This document shows positions 17,134 through 26,238 of a stretch of DNA of 32,000 nt, one piece after another. The notes under the pieces are model-generated. The model worked only from the letters and a program-made list of their open reading frames with translations, made no database searches and was not told the origin of the DNA. The translations under genes were made by a program, and so were the position numbers. How positions within the stretch are numbered: the first letter of the stretch is position 1; every line of letters starts with the position of its first letter. Origin of the DNA: Candidatus Saccharimonadota bacterium (lineage in GTDB: Bacteria; Pseudomonadota; Gammaproteobacteria; Enterobacterales; Enterobacteriaceae); assembly GCA_049942965.1 (NCBI GenBank), contig CP188088.1:450001-482000 (forward strand), read 5' to 3'.

Positions 17134-18903
17134 TTAATCACTGTTAATTTTAAATATTTTCAATAAAGAATGAATAATTTCTATATTTTTCTTTTTTGTT
17201 ATATAATTTAAAAAATTATTAGCAATTTTTTTACCTACTTTTTTAACTAATAATAAATCTTCAAGTTTTGCGTTTAATATATTATCTATATTCTTAAAAT
17301 AAGATGATAAATTAATTGAAATAATTTTTCCTACATCTTTAATGCCAAATGAATATAAAAAGCAAGACAGTTTAATTTCTTTAGAATTAGATATTTCATT
17401 TAGTAATTTCTTAATTAAAACATCTCCGAAACGATTTATATTTGAAAAACTGTAATAATTTAGATTAAAAACATCAACTGGATTAAAAATAACTTTTTTT
17501 TTAACTAACTGTTTTATTACATTTTTTCCAAAACCACGTATATATATTGAATCCTTTGAAAAAAAATGAATTAACATTCTTTCTCTTTGCGAAATACATT
17601 GAAATCCGGAAAAACATCTTAAAATATTGTCTCCAGAAATTTTTTTAATTTTAGATCTACAAGATGGACAATGCTTAGGGAATTTAACTGGTTTTAAATT
17701 ATTTTTAGTTCTATATTCCATATTAATGTCAATTATCTTTGGAATAACATCTCCAGAACGGCAAATAGTAACTACATCTCCTATACAAAAACCAAATTTT
17801 TCCATCTTATTTTGATTATATAAAGATACTTTTTTTATTTTTACTCCGTTGATAAAAACTGGATATAATTGAGCAACTGGAATGATTGATCCTGTTCTAC
17901 TTACATTAAAATTAATATCTACTATTTTTGTGATCTGTTTCTTAGATGGAAATTTATAAGCTATTGACCATTTAGGAAATCGAGAAGAAATACCTAATTT
18001 TTTCTGTAAACTAATTGCATCAGTTTTGATAACAATTCCATCAATGTCGAATTTTAAAGAAGATCTATCTTTTTTTATTTTTTTATAAAAAGAAAGTACT
18101 TCTTCAATAGAATTACATAATTTTCTTAATTTATAAACGGGTAATCCCCAAGAACCTAAAAGTTTTAAAAAATAAAAGTGACTATTTGAAAATTTTACGA
18201 TTGGAGTATGAAATCCAATACTATGACAATAAAATGACAACTTTCTTATTTTTGTTGTCATTGGATTTAATTGTCTTAAAAAGCCAGCTGCTGTATTTCT
18301 AGTATTAGAAAAATGCTGAATTTTTTTATTAGAAAAATCTTTGTTTAATTTTATAAAATCATCTTTATAAATAATCACTTCCCCACGAATTTCTAGTAAT
18401 TTAGGAATATTTTTTCCTGTTAATTCATTCGGAATCGAATTTATCATATAAACATTATGAATAACATTTTCACCAATAATCCCGTTCCCTCTAGTTGCAG
18501 CACTTACTAATTTTCCATTTTTATAAACTAAATTTAAAGCAACTCCATCAAGCTTTAATTCACAACAAAACAACGGTTTTTCTAAATTATTTTTTTTTGA
18601 ACAAAAATCTACTTTATCAAAAAACCGTTCTAATTGTTGAATTGAATTCACAGACTTTAATGACAACATATTTGTTAAATGTTTAACAGTCTTTAATTCT
18701 TTAGATAAAGAAGATCCAATTTTATTTAAATTTAAAATATCTTTTTTTAACCCTACTTTTTTTTTTAATTTATCTAATTTTTCAACCAAAAAATCAAACT
18801 CTAAATCAGAAATTTTAGGTTTGTCTAAAGTGTGATACAAATATGAATGATAGCATATTCTTTTTTCTATTTTTTTTATTTTTTTTTTTATATTTTTCAT
18901 CAT
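17134..18903 (-). CDS. ligA: NAD+-dependent DNA ligase LigA, lacking the C-terminal BRCT domain
   Basis: Colinear with E. coli LigA through the adenylation motif CELKLDGVA (active-site Lys), SAATRGNG..GE, the OB fold, the 4-Cys zinc finger (CPSC...C.....C) and the HhH region. The ORF-track start at 18909 is a GTG, so ATG 18903 is more likely. The protein ends where E. coli BRCT begins. Confidence 0.93.
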   Translation of the reverse strand: MMKNIKKKIKKIEKRICYHSYLYHTLDKPKISDLEFDFLVEKLDKLKKKVGLKKDILNLNKIGSSLSKELKTVKHLTNMLSLKSVNSIQQLERFFDKVDFCSKKNNLEKPLFCCELKLDGVALNLVYKNGKLVSAATRGNGIIGENVIHNVYMINSIPNELTGKNIPKLLEIRGEVIIYKDDFIKLNKDFSNKKIQHFSNTRNTAAGFLRQLNPMTTKIRKLSFYCHSIGFHTPIVKFSNSHFYFLKLLGSWGLPVYKLRKLCNSIEEVLSFYKKIKKDRSSLKFDIDGIVIKTDAISLQKKLGISSRFPKWSIAYKFPSKKQITKIVDINFNVSRTGSIIPVAQLYPVFINGVKIKKVSLYNQNKMEKFGFCIGDVVTICRSGDVIPKIIDINMEYRTKNNLKPVKFPKHCPSCRSKIKKISGDNILRCFSGFQCISQRERMLIHFFSKDSIYIRGFGKNVIKQLVKKKVIFNPVDVFNLNYYSFSNINRFGDVLIKKLLNEISNSKEIKLSCFLYSFGIKDVGKIISINLSSYFKNIDNILNAKLEDLLLVKKVGKKIANNFLNYITKKKNIEIIHSLLKIFKINSD

Positions 18904-19872
18904 ATTCACATTTTAAAAATAAAAAATATTTTAATAAAAAAAAATTTAATATTATTTTTTTATTCAATCCATCATATTAAATTAATTTTCAAATCAGTTA
19001 ATAAAAAACGAGTTTTCAATTATTAATTGAATTCATTACTTCCATTCAGTATAATTTTAAATTATTTATAAAAAATTAAATACATAAAAATATATATCTC
19101 TATTAAAAAATTTATTGTAAAAATTTTTAAATAAACAATTCAAAAACCAACTTTTTGAAAAACAGCATAAAAAAACTATTTTTATCAAAAAACTAATACT
19201 AATTAGTATATTAAACTAATTTAAAGAATAAAATTCTACAATCAAAATTATAATTTAGTAGTAAAACACTAATTCAAACTAGTTATTCATACAAAAACAC
19301 TTTAATTTTAAGTAAATATTTCTTCATAATTATGAAATTATTCTAAAATTTTAAAAAATAGATTTTAGAAATATATGGATTATTTAAATATAAATTATTT
19401 ATCTAATAAACAATTTATTTTTAGTAAATTAAATAATTTTTAAAATCTAGTATAAAATATACAATATATGAAAAAATTTATACTTTCGTACAATCTAATC
19501 AATTAAGAACAATAATTGCAATTATCTATTAAATTCAAAAACATACTTACAATCAAATATAGATAAATTTAATAGTTTTTAAACCTAACTAAAGTTATTA
19601 TATCTTTCTAATAATACAGGGATTGAAAATTGATATTAGAAAACATAAAATAAAAAATTTATATTAAAAATTCATTCAAATAAAAATAATACTATTTCAA
19701 CAAAAAAATGATTTTTTTCTTCTTTTTTACTAAAAAAAAATTTTTAAGAAATTTAAAAATTTTTTAATTCATAGATGTTTATTTAATTTATAAACCGTTT
19801 TAAAAAATAAAAAATTTAATAATATTTCAAAAAAGATAAAAAAAATTAAATTAAAATTTAGGATTAATTATT

Positions 19873-20130
19873 ATGTTAGAAAGAAAAATAAAAATAAAAT
19901 TTAAACACGGAATGCATTTGCGTCCTGCTGCAAAATTAGTAAAAGAAGCCAAAAAATTTAATTCTCATATAAATATAATATTTCAAGGAAAATCTGTAAA
20001 CGCAAAAAGTTTATACAAATTACAAACTTTAGGAATAGTAAAAAATAGCGAAATAATTTTAACTGCAGAAGGAAACGATGAAAAATTCGCTATTGAAAAA
20101 CTAGAAAAATTAATTTTACAAATAGAATAA
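19873..20130 (+). CDS. ptsH: Phosphocarrier protein HPr
   Basis: Matches E. coli HPr in GMHLRPAAKLVKEAKKF (active-site His15), GKSVNAKSLYKLQTLG (Ser46) and TAEG.DE..A.E.L.KL. Confidence 0.95.
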   Translation: MLERKIKIKFKHGMHLRPAAKLVKEAKKFNSHINIIFQGKSVNAKSLYKLQTLGIVKNSEIILTAEGNDEKFAIEKLEKLILQIE

Positions 20131-20234
20131 ATAAAATAACAAAAAAATGTTAAATTATATATTTTTATAAAAAAATTTTATTTTATAAAAATTTTTAAAT
20201 AAATTATCGTCATTATTATGTTAAAGGTAATGTT

Positions 20235-21959
20235 ATGATTTCAGGGATTTTAGCATCACCAGGTATCGCTTTTGGAAAAGTATTTTTATTAAGAAAACAA
20301 AAAATAATTATTAATCAGGAAAACATTTCACCTAATTTAATAAATTCAGAAATAAAAAAATTTTTGAAAACAAGAGCAAAAACGATACAACAACTAGAAA
20401 AAATAAAAAATGACACAAAAAACAAAATAAAAAAAAACAAGGAAATATTTGATAGTCATATTTTACTACTAGAAGATGAGGAATTTGAACAAGACATAAT
20501 TAAATTAATTCAACAAAGACACAAATCAGCTGATTGTGCAATTCAAATAGTAATTGAAAAACAAGCAAATAATTTAGAAAAATTAGATGATGAATATCTA
20601 AAAAATAGAGCAATTGATATCCGAGATATAGGAACAAGATTATTAAATAATTTATTTAATATTAATGTTCACAACTTAGAAAAAATAAAAAATAAAGTAA
20701 TTTTAGTTGCAAACGATCTAACTCCATCTGAAACAGCACAAATAAACTCAAAGAAAATACTAGGGTTAATAACTGATTTAGGAGGAAAAACTTCACATAC
20801 ATCCATAATTGCAAGATCACTAGAATTACCAGCAATCGTTGGAACAGAAAATATTACAAATAAAGTAAAAAACAATGACTTTGTTATACTAGATGGACTA
20901 AATAACCAAATTTTTATAAATCCTTCAAAAGAAAAAATAAAAAAAATAGAAATAATACAAAAAAAATATCTTATTGAAAAAAAGCAACTACAAAACCTAA
21001 AAATATTACCAGCAATAACATTAGACGGTCACAAAATAGAAATTAGTGCAAATATTAGTAATATTCGAGATGTAAACGGAGCAAAACATTACGGATCAGA
21101 ATCTATTGGATTATATAGAACTGAATTTTTGTTTATGGAAAGAAAAAACCTCCCTAGCGAAGAAGAACAATTTATTGCATATAAAAAAATTGCAGAAATC
21201 ATGGACAAACAAACAGTTATTATTCGAACAATGGATATTGGCGGAGATAAAGAGTTACCATACATGAATTTTCCAAAAGAAGAAAATCCATTTTTAGGTT
21301 GGAGAGCTATTAGAATCTCTTTACAAAGAAAAGATATTTTACATTCACAAATACGAGCTATACTTCGAGCTTCTGCTTTTGGAAAGTTAAGAATTTTATT
21401 CCCAATGATTATTTCAGTAGAAGAAATACGTGTATTAAAGAACGAATTAGAATTTTTAAAAAAAGAACTAAAAAATAAAAAAATTCCTTTCGATAAAAAA
21501 ATAGAAATAGGAATTATGATAGAAACTCCTGCATCTGCAATAATTGCAAACTTTTTAGCTAAAGAAGTAGATTTTTTCAGTATAGGAACAAATGATTTAA
21601 CGCAATATACTTTAGCTGTAGATAGAGGAAACAAACTAATCTCTAAATTATACGATCCTATGAGTCCTCCAATATTAAAACTAATTAAACAAGTGATAGA
21701 CGCTTCACACAAAGAAAAAAAATGGACTGGAATGTGTGGAGAATTAGCAGGAGATACAAATGCTACCATCATTTTGTTAGGAATGGGACTAGATGAATTT
21801 AGTATGAGTCCAATTTCTATACCATATGTAAAAAAAATAATCAGACAGGTAAAATATAAACAAGCAATCAAATTAGCTAATCAAGCCTTAACTATGTCCA
21901 CTTCAATTGAAATAAAAAAATTAATAAATAGATTTACTGAAAATAATTTACATTTATAA
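20235..21959 (+). CDS. ptsI: PTS enzyme I (phosphoenolpyruvate-protein phosphotransferase)
   Basis: Matches E. coli PtsI in [35 protein letters not shown] (phospho-His), [34 protein letters not shown] and [20 protein letters not shown]. Confidence 0.97.
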   Translation: MISGILASPGIAFGKVFLLRKQKIIINQENISPNLINSEIKKFLKTRAKTIQQLEKIKNDTKNKIKKNKEIFDSHILLLEDEEFEQDIIKLIQQRHKSADCAIQIVIEKQANNLEKLDDEYLKNRAIDIRDIGTRLLNNLFNINVHNLEKIKNKVILVANDLTPSETAQINSKKILGLITDLGGKTSHTSIIARSLELPAIVGTENITNKVKNNDFVILDGLNNQIFINPSKEKIKKIEIIQKKYLIEKKQLQNLKILPAITLDGHKIEISANISNIRDVNGAKHYGSESIGLYRTEFLFMERKNLPSEEEQFIAYKKIAEIMDKQTVIIRTMDIGGDKELPYMNFPKEENPFLGWRAIRISLQRKDILHSQIRAILRASAFGKLRILFPMIISVEEIRVLKNELEFLKKELKNKKIPFDKKIEIGIMIETPASAIIANFLAKEVDFFSIGTNDLTQYTLAVDRGNKLISKLYDPMSPPILKLIKQVIDASHKEKKWTGMCGELAGDTNATIILLGMGLDEFSMSPISIPYVKKIIRQVKYKQAIKLANQALTMSTSIEIKKLINRFTENNLHL

Positions 21960-21992
21960 ATAAAATAAAATATTTTTAGGAGAAAAATACTA

Positions 21993-22499
21993 ATGGGGTT
22001 ATTTTCTAGTTTTTTTGGAAAGAATAAAAATAATGATAAAGAAATAAAAATAATTGCTCCATTGTCAGGAAAAATAATAAAATTAAAAGATGTACCAGAT
22101 GTTGTATTTTCAGAAAAAATAGCAGGAGATGGAATAGCAATAAAACCATCAGGAAAAAGAATACTATCTCCAATAAATGGAGTAATTGGTAAAATTTTTA
22201 AAAGCAAACATGCTTTTTCCATAGAATCTAAAAATCCAAAAATCCAAATATTTGTGCATTTTGGTATTGATACAGTAGAACTTAATGGAGAAGGATTTAC
22301 TCAAATAGCAAAAGAAGGACAAAGAGTAAAGATCGGAGATTTAATTCTGAATTATAATTTATCTATTTTAAAAAAAAAAGCAAAATCAATTTTAACTCCT
22401 GTTATTATATCAAACATGGAGGAAATAAAAGAACTAAAAAAAATGAAGGGAACTGCTATTGCTGGAACTACTGTAGTAATGTACGTTAAAAAAAAATAG
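21993..22499 (+). CDS. crr: PTS glucose-specific enzyme IIA (Crr)
   Basis: Matches E. coli Crr in IIAPLSG.I....[27 protein letters not shown]-type [23 protein letters not shown] and LTPV.ISNM.EIKEL. Confidence 0.96.
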   Translation: MGLFSSFFGKNKNNDKEIKIIAPLSGKIIKLKDVPDVVFSEKIAGDGIAIKPSGKRILSPINGVIGKIFKSKHAFSIESKNPKIQIFVHFGIDTVELNGEGFTQIAKEGQRVKIGDLILNYNLSILKKKAKSILTPVIISNMEEIKELKKMKGTAIAGTTVVMYVKKK

Positions 22500-22505
22500 T
22501 AATAA

Positions 22506-22540
22506 TTTAAGCAGTTAAACAAACAATTTAGCTGCTTAAA
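22506..22540. terminator. Hairpin between convergent crr(+) and cca(-), a possible bidirectional terminator
   Basis: A 14-bp stem pairs 22506-22519 with 22527-22540 (core TTAAGCAG/CTGCTTAA, one U.G in the + RNA). The loop is the 7-nt CAAACAA. A T8 run lies about 10 nt beyond it on the minus strand, and there is no clear U-tract on the + strand. Confidence 0.4.
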
Positions 22541-22589
22541 ATAATAAAACTTAAATTTTTTTACAAGTTAGTTATTCATAAAATTAAAT

Positions 22590-23858
22590 TTAAAAAAAAC
22601 AATACTTTTTATTTTTAATAAATAAACTTTTTCTCCAATTTTCAACTAAAAGAACTCTTAATCTAAATAATTCATTTCTAATGTTTATACCTTTAAAACC
22701 ACTTGATACAATTGATTTTACAGATACATTTTTAGAAATTAAATAAATAGAAAATAAAAAATCTCCTGTCTTTATAGTGTTTATAACATCATGATAATAA
22801 TTTTCTTTTTTACTTAAAAAATTTAAATTCATTAGAAATACTATTTTTTTAATTCGATCAAAATTTCTCCATGCATCTATTGAATTAAAAAAACTAATTA
22901 TTTTTTCTGAACTTTGACTCTTAATATTTTTTAAAAAAGTATAATTTTTAATTATTATAATGCAAAAATCTCGAATAATATTTGAAATATTCAATCGTCT
23001 GCAAAAATTTTTAATTAAAAAAATATGATTTTTACTATATTTTTCAATAACATCTTGTTTTTTAAAAAAAAACGGAAAATAATCAAAACAACAAAATAAA
23101 AACAAAAAACGTATCTCTAGCTCTTTAGTTTTTTTAGAAATATAAGATAAATTTTTAAAAATTTTTTTCATATAACTATAATAGTTATTATGATAAAAAA
23201 AAATTGAACTAAATAAATATGATCGATAAATCTCCGGGAACAAAATAAAAATAGCTCCACATATTTCTAATACTTTAAAATATATTTGAGGATTAACTGT
23301 ATTTAATGCCTTCTCTGTTTCCTTCCAAATTCTTTCTCCTTTTAAATGTAATAATTCATTACTATTAACTATTTTTTTCATTAAAACTAAAGTTTTTTTA
23401 TCTATAATAAATCCAAATTTAGCAAAACTAGCAGCAAATCTAGCTACTCGAAGAACTCGTAAAGGATCTTCTTCAAAAGCAGGAGAAACATGTCTTAATA
23501 TTTTTAACTTTAAATCTCTAATTCCTAAGAATGGATCTATAAAATTTCCATATTTATCTTTAGCTATAGCATTAATAGTTAAATCCCTTCTTTTCAAATC
23601 TTCTTCCAAAGTAATATCTGAATGAAAATTAGTTTTAAAACCTATATATCCTTTTCCTGATTTATATTCAGTTCTAGCTAAAGCATATTCTTCGTGACTA
23701 ACTGGATGTAAAAAAACAGGAAAATCTTTTCCTACTTGTTTAAATTTTTTTTTTAATAATTTTTTTATCGAAGATCCTACCACTACCCAATCTTTATCAT
23801 GTATTGATAATTTTAATAAACTATCTCTTACAGCTCCTCCTACCAAATATACTTTCAC
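22590..23858 (-). CDS. cca: tRNA nucleotidyltransferase (CCA-adding enzyme); the C-terminal HD region is divergent
   Basis: The N-terminal 200 aa match E. coli Cca closely (KVYLVGGAVRDSLL....DKDWVVVG, VGKDFPVFLHP.SHEEYALARTE.KSG.GY.GF, LEEDLKRRDLTINA, LRHVSPAF.EDPLRVLRVARFAA). The start codon is GTG at 23858. Confidence 0.93.
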   Translation of the reverse strand: MKVYLVGGAVRDSLLKLSIHDKDWVVVGSSIKKLLKKKFKQVGKDFPVFLHPVSHEEYALARTEYKSGKGYIGFKTNFHSDITLEEDLKRRDLTINAIAKDKYGNFIDPFLGIRDLKLKILRHVSPAFEEDPLRVLRVARFAASFAKFGFIIDKKTLVLMKKIVNSNELLHLKGERIWKETEKALNTVNPQIYFKVLEICGAIFILFPEIYRSYLFSSIFFYHNNYYSYMKKIFKNLSYISKKTKELEIRFLFLFCCFDYFPFFFKKQDVIEKYSKNHIFLIKNFCRRLNISNIIRDFCIIIIKNYTFLKNIKSQSSEKIISFFNSIDAWRNFDRIKKIVFLMNLNFLSKKENYYHDVINTIKTGDFLFSIYLISKNVSVKSIVSSGFKGINIRNELFRLRVLLVENWRKSLFIKNKKYCFF

Positions 23859-23920
23859 GAAATTACTTATCCAAAATTAAATTATTTTAACTTTTAAAAT
23901 AATTATGTGTTATATATATA

Positions 23921-23947
23921 TATATTTCAACAATTCATTGAAATATA
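23921..23947. repeat. Perfect 10-bp inverted repeat flanked by (TA)n in the cca/ribB divergent intergenic region
   Basis: TATATTTCAA (23921-23930) and TTGAAATATA (23938-23947) are separated by the 7-nt CAATTCA. (TA)n runs lie on both sides. Confidence 0.6.
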
Positions 23948-24111
23948 ATATATATACGACATATAATTAAAAAATTTTTTTATATTTAAATTTTTAGACT
24001 TAAAAATTGTGTTTGTCTAAACAATCTTTTTTATTCATCAAAAAACTATTTTAAAATTATTACAATTGTAATTGTAAACTACTATACTAGTAAAAAATTT
24101 AGGAGAAACAT

Positions 24112-24747
24112 ATGAGAAAGAAAATTCTTTTATCTGAATTTGGAACACCAAAAAAAAGAATAGAAACAGCAATATCAGAATTAAAAAAAGGTAATGGAAT
24201 AATTCTATTAGATAACGAAAATAGAGAAAACGAAGGCGATTTAATTTTTTCTGCCGAAAAAATGACCATAAATCAAATGGCGTTTACAATAAGGTATTGT
24301 AGTGGAATAGTTTGTTTATGTATAACTGAAGAAAAAAGAAAAAAATTACAGCTTCCAATGATGGTTAAAAAAAACACAAATTCTTTTAGTACTCCTTTTA
24401 CTGTATCCATAGAATCCGCAAAAGGAATTTCTACCGGTGTTTCAGCAGAAGATAGAATCACTACTATTCGAACAGCTATATCAGAAACATCAAAACCAAA
24501 TGATCTAAATAAACCTGGCCATATTTTTCCACTATGTGCTAATCCAGGTGGAATTTTAATTAGATCAGGACATACTGAAGCAACCATAGAATTAACAAAA
24601 TTAGCAGGTTTAAAACCAACAGGAGTATTATGTGAACTAACTAATAGGGATGGTTCTATGTCTAAAACAAATGATATTATCAAATTTTCTAGAAAATATA
24701 ATATTTCAGTATTAACTATAGAAGATATAAAAAAAACTTTAAAATAA
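24112..24747 (+). CDS. ribB: 3,4-dihydroxy-2-butanone 4-phosphate synthase
   Basis: Matches E. coli RibB in FGTP..R.E.AI..L..G.G...[59 protein letters not shown]...L..LAG and CEL.N.DG.M. AGGAG lies upstream of the ATG. Confidence 0.96.
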   Translation: MRKKILLSEFGTPKKRIETAISELKKGNGIILLDNENRENEGDLIFSAEKMTINQMAFTIRYCSGIVCLCITEEKRKKLQLPMMVKKNTNSFSTPFTVSIESAKGISTGVSAEDRITTIRTAISETSKPNDLNKPGHIFPLCANPGGILIRSGHTEATIELTKLAGLKPTGVLCELTNRDGSMSKTNDIIKFSRKYNISVLTIEDIKKTLK

Positions 24748-24772
24748 AAAAAAAAATAACTTAATTCTTTTT

Positions 24773-25783
24773 CTATCTATTAAGATTGTTAATACACCAT
24801 TTTGGATCAACGAAAACATCTGTATTTGTAGAATAAATACCAGACTTAAATTTCAAACATCCAACATAAGAAATCATAGCAGCATTGTCAGTACAGTATT
24901 TTTTTGATGCTAAAAATAAATTAAAATTATTTTTTTTTGAAAAATCAAAAAAACAATTTCTTAATCTAGAATTTGCACTGACTCCTCCAACAATAACTAA
25001 ATTCTTTAAATTCAGTAATTTTAAAGCTCGATAAACTTTAAAAATAAAAATTTCTATAATTGTTTCTTCTAATTCCAAAGCTATGTCTGATTTTATTTGA
25101 AAACTTTTATCAGAGCATTTTATTAACTTTTCAATAAAAGTTCGTAATCCAGAAAAGCTAAAATTTAAATTAGAGTTAGTCAACATTGGTCTAGGAAATT
25201 TAAATATTCCGTTCCTACCAAATTTTGCTAATTTAGAAATATTTGGTCCTCCTGGATATTTTAAACCTAATGCTTTTGCTATTTTATCAAAAAGATTACC
25301 TACAGCGATATCTAACGTTTTCCCTAACAACTCGTAAACTCCTATTTTTTTTGCATAAATCAATTGTGTATTACCACCAGAAATCAACAAACCTAAAAAT
25401 GGAAAATTTAAATTTTTATTATCTAACATAGGAGATAATAAATGACCTTCTATATGATTTACTGGAATTACTGGAATATCTAAAGAAAAAGCCAATGAAC
25501 ATGCTACTGTAGCACCTACTAATAAAGAACCCGCTAATCCAGGTCCAGCTGTATAAGCAATTGAATCAATAGAATTAAAAAAATTTTCTTTTTTTTTAAG
25601 TTTTTGAAGAAAAAGAAAAATTTGATCTAGATGATTTCTAGCTGCAATTTCTGGAACAACTCCTCCATATTTATCATGAAAAGAAGATTGACTGTGTAAT
25701 TTATTGATAATTAAACCAAATTTATTATCGTAAACTGCAATACCAGTATCATCACAAGAAGTTTCAATTCCTAATATTTTCAT
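24773..25783 (-). CDS. tsaD: tRNA N6-adenosine threonylcarbamoyltransferase TsaD (YgjD/Gcp)
   Basis: Matches E. coli TsaD in MKILGIETSCDDTGIAVYD, YGGVVPEIAARNH, YTAGPGL.GSLLVG, NHIEGHLLSP, LLISGGNTQL and GGV.AN..LR. The ORF-track start at 25813 is a TTG, so I use ATG 25783. Confidence 0.95.
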   Translation of the reverse strand: MKILGIETSCDDTGIAVYDNKFGLIINKLHSQSSFHDKYGGVVPEIAARNHLDQIFLFLQKLKKKENFFNSIDSIAYTAGPGLAGSLLVGATVACSLAFSLDIPVIPVNHIEGHLLSPMLDNKNLNFPFLGLLISGGNTQLIYAKKIGVYELLGKTLDIAVGNLFDKIAKALGLKYPGGPNISKLAKFGRNGIFKFPRPMLTNSNLNFSFSGLRTFIEKLIKCSDKSFQIKSDIALELEETIIEIFIFKVYRALKLLNLKNLVIVGGVSANSRLRNCFFDFSKKNNFNLFLASKKYCTDNAAMISYVGCLKFKSGIYSTNTDVFVDPKWCINNLNR

Positions 25784-25843
25784 TCTAATATTTCCAATAA
25801 TAAAAAAATGCAAAAATTACATGCAATTAAAAAAAATAAAATT

Positions 25844-25871
25844 TTGAATTAAATAAATTTTTATGTAATAG
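25844..25871 (+). promoter_or_regulatory. Sigma-70-type promoter candidate for the rpsU-dnaG-rpoD operon
   Basis: The elements are TTGAAT (25844-25849), a 16-nt spacer and TAATAG (25866-25871), 69 nt upstream of the rpsU ATG. AT-rich context makes this weak evidence. Confidence 0.3.
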
Positions 25872-25940
25872 TATAAGTTATTTTATTTTAAAAATATAAA
25901 AATATTTTTTATTTTTTTTATTTATAAAAAAGGAAAAAGA

Positions 25941-26156
25941 ATGCCAATAATTAAAGTACGAGATAATGAACCTTTCGATGTAGCTTTAAGAAGATTTAAG
26001 AGATCTTGTGAAAAAGCTGGGATTTTATCAGAAATTAGAAAACGTGAATTTTATGAAAAACCAACTACGGAAAGAAAAAGAGCTAAAGCCTCTGCAATAA
26101 AAAGACTATCTAAAAAATTAGCGAGAGAAAATTCAAAAAGAATAAGAATGTATTAA
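25941..26156 (+). CDS. rpsU: 30S ribosomal protein S21
   Basis: [55 protein letters not shown] is near-identical to E. coli S21. Confidence 0.97.
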   Translation: MPIIKVRDNEPFDVALRRFKRSCEKAGILSEIRKREFYEKPTTERKRAKASAIKRLSKKLARENSKRIRMY

Positions 26157-26238
26157 TTATTATCAAATTTTTATGTACATATATATCTAATTAATCGATA
26201 ACTAATTAGAAATTAAAAAATATAATTTTTATAAAAAA

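Noticed and set aside
16965-17147. A 60-aa plus-strand ORF.
   Set aside because: It is simply the translation of the tRNA-Val and tRNA-Lys genes.
19196-19209. A perfect 14-bp palindrome, ATACTAATTAGTAT, in the ligA-ptsH spacer.
   Set aside because: It is composed of 12 A/T and 2 G/C positions. Palindromes of this size are expected by chance in about 1 kb of nearly pure A/T sequence, and no known regulator is implied.
21089-21871. A 260-aa ORF antisense to ptsI, which is strikingly long for such an AT-rich genome, plus 20669-20875 and 21881-22222 on the same strand.
   Set aside because: It lies entirely inside the well-conserved ptsI/crr coding sequence. In its register, an antisense stop requires a sense T/C-ending codon followed by TAx or CAx (Tyr, His, Gln). 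In this stretch every Tyr, His or Gln codon is preceded by an A- or G-ending codon, so strong A-ending codon bias keeps the frame open. The predicted product is F/I/S-rich low complexity with no recognisable homology and no RBS.
24273-24683. A 136-aa ORF antisense to ribB. Similar short antisense ORFs occur in pmbA (2237-2422), ligA (17627-17815, 18495-18686), tsaD (25243-25431) and dnaG (27159-27359, 27455-27640).
   Set aside because: These are shadow ORFs inside conserved genes and have no supporting signal.
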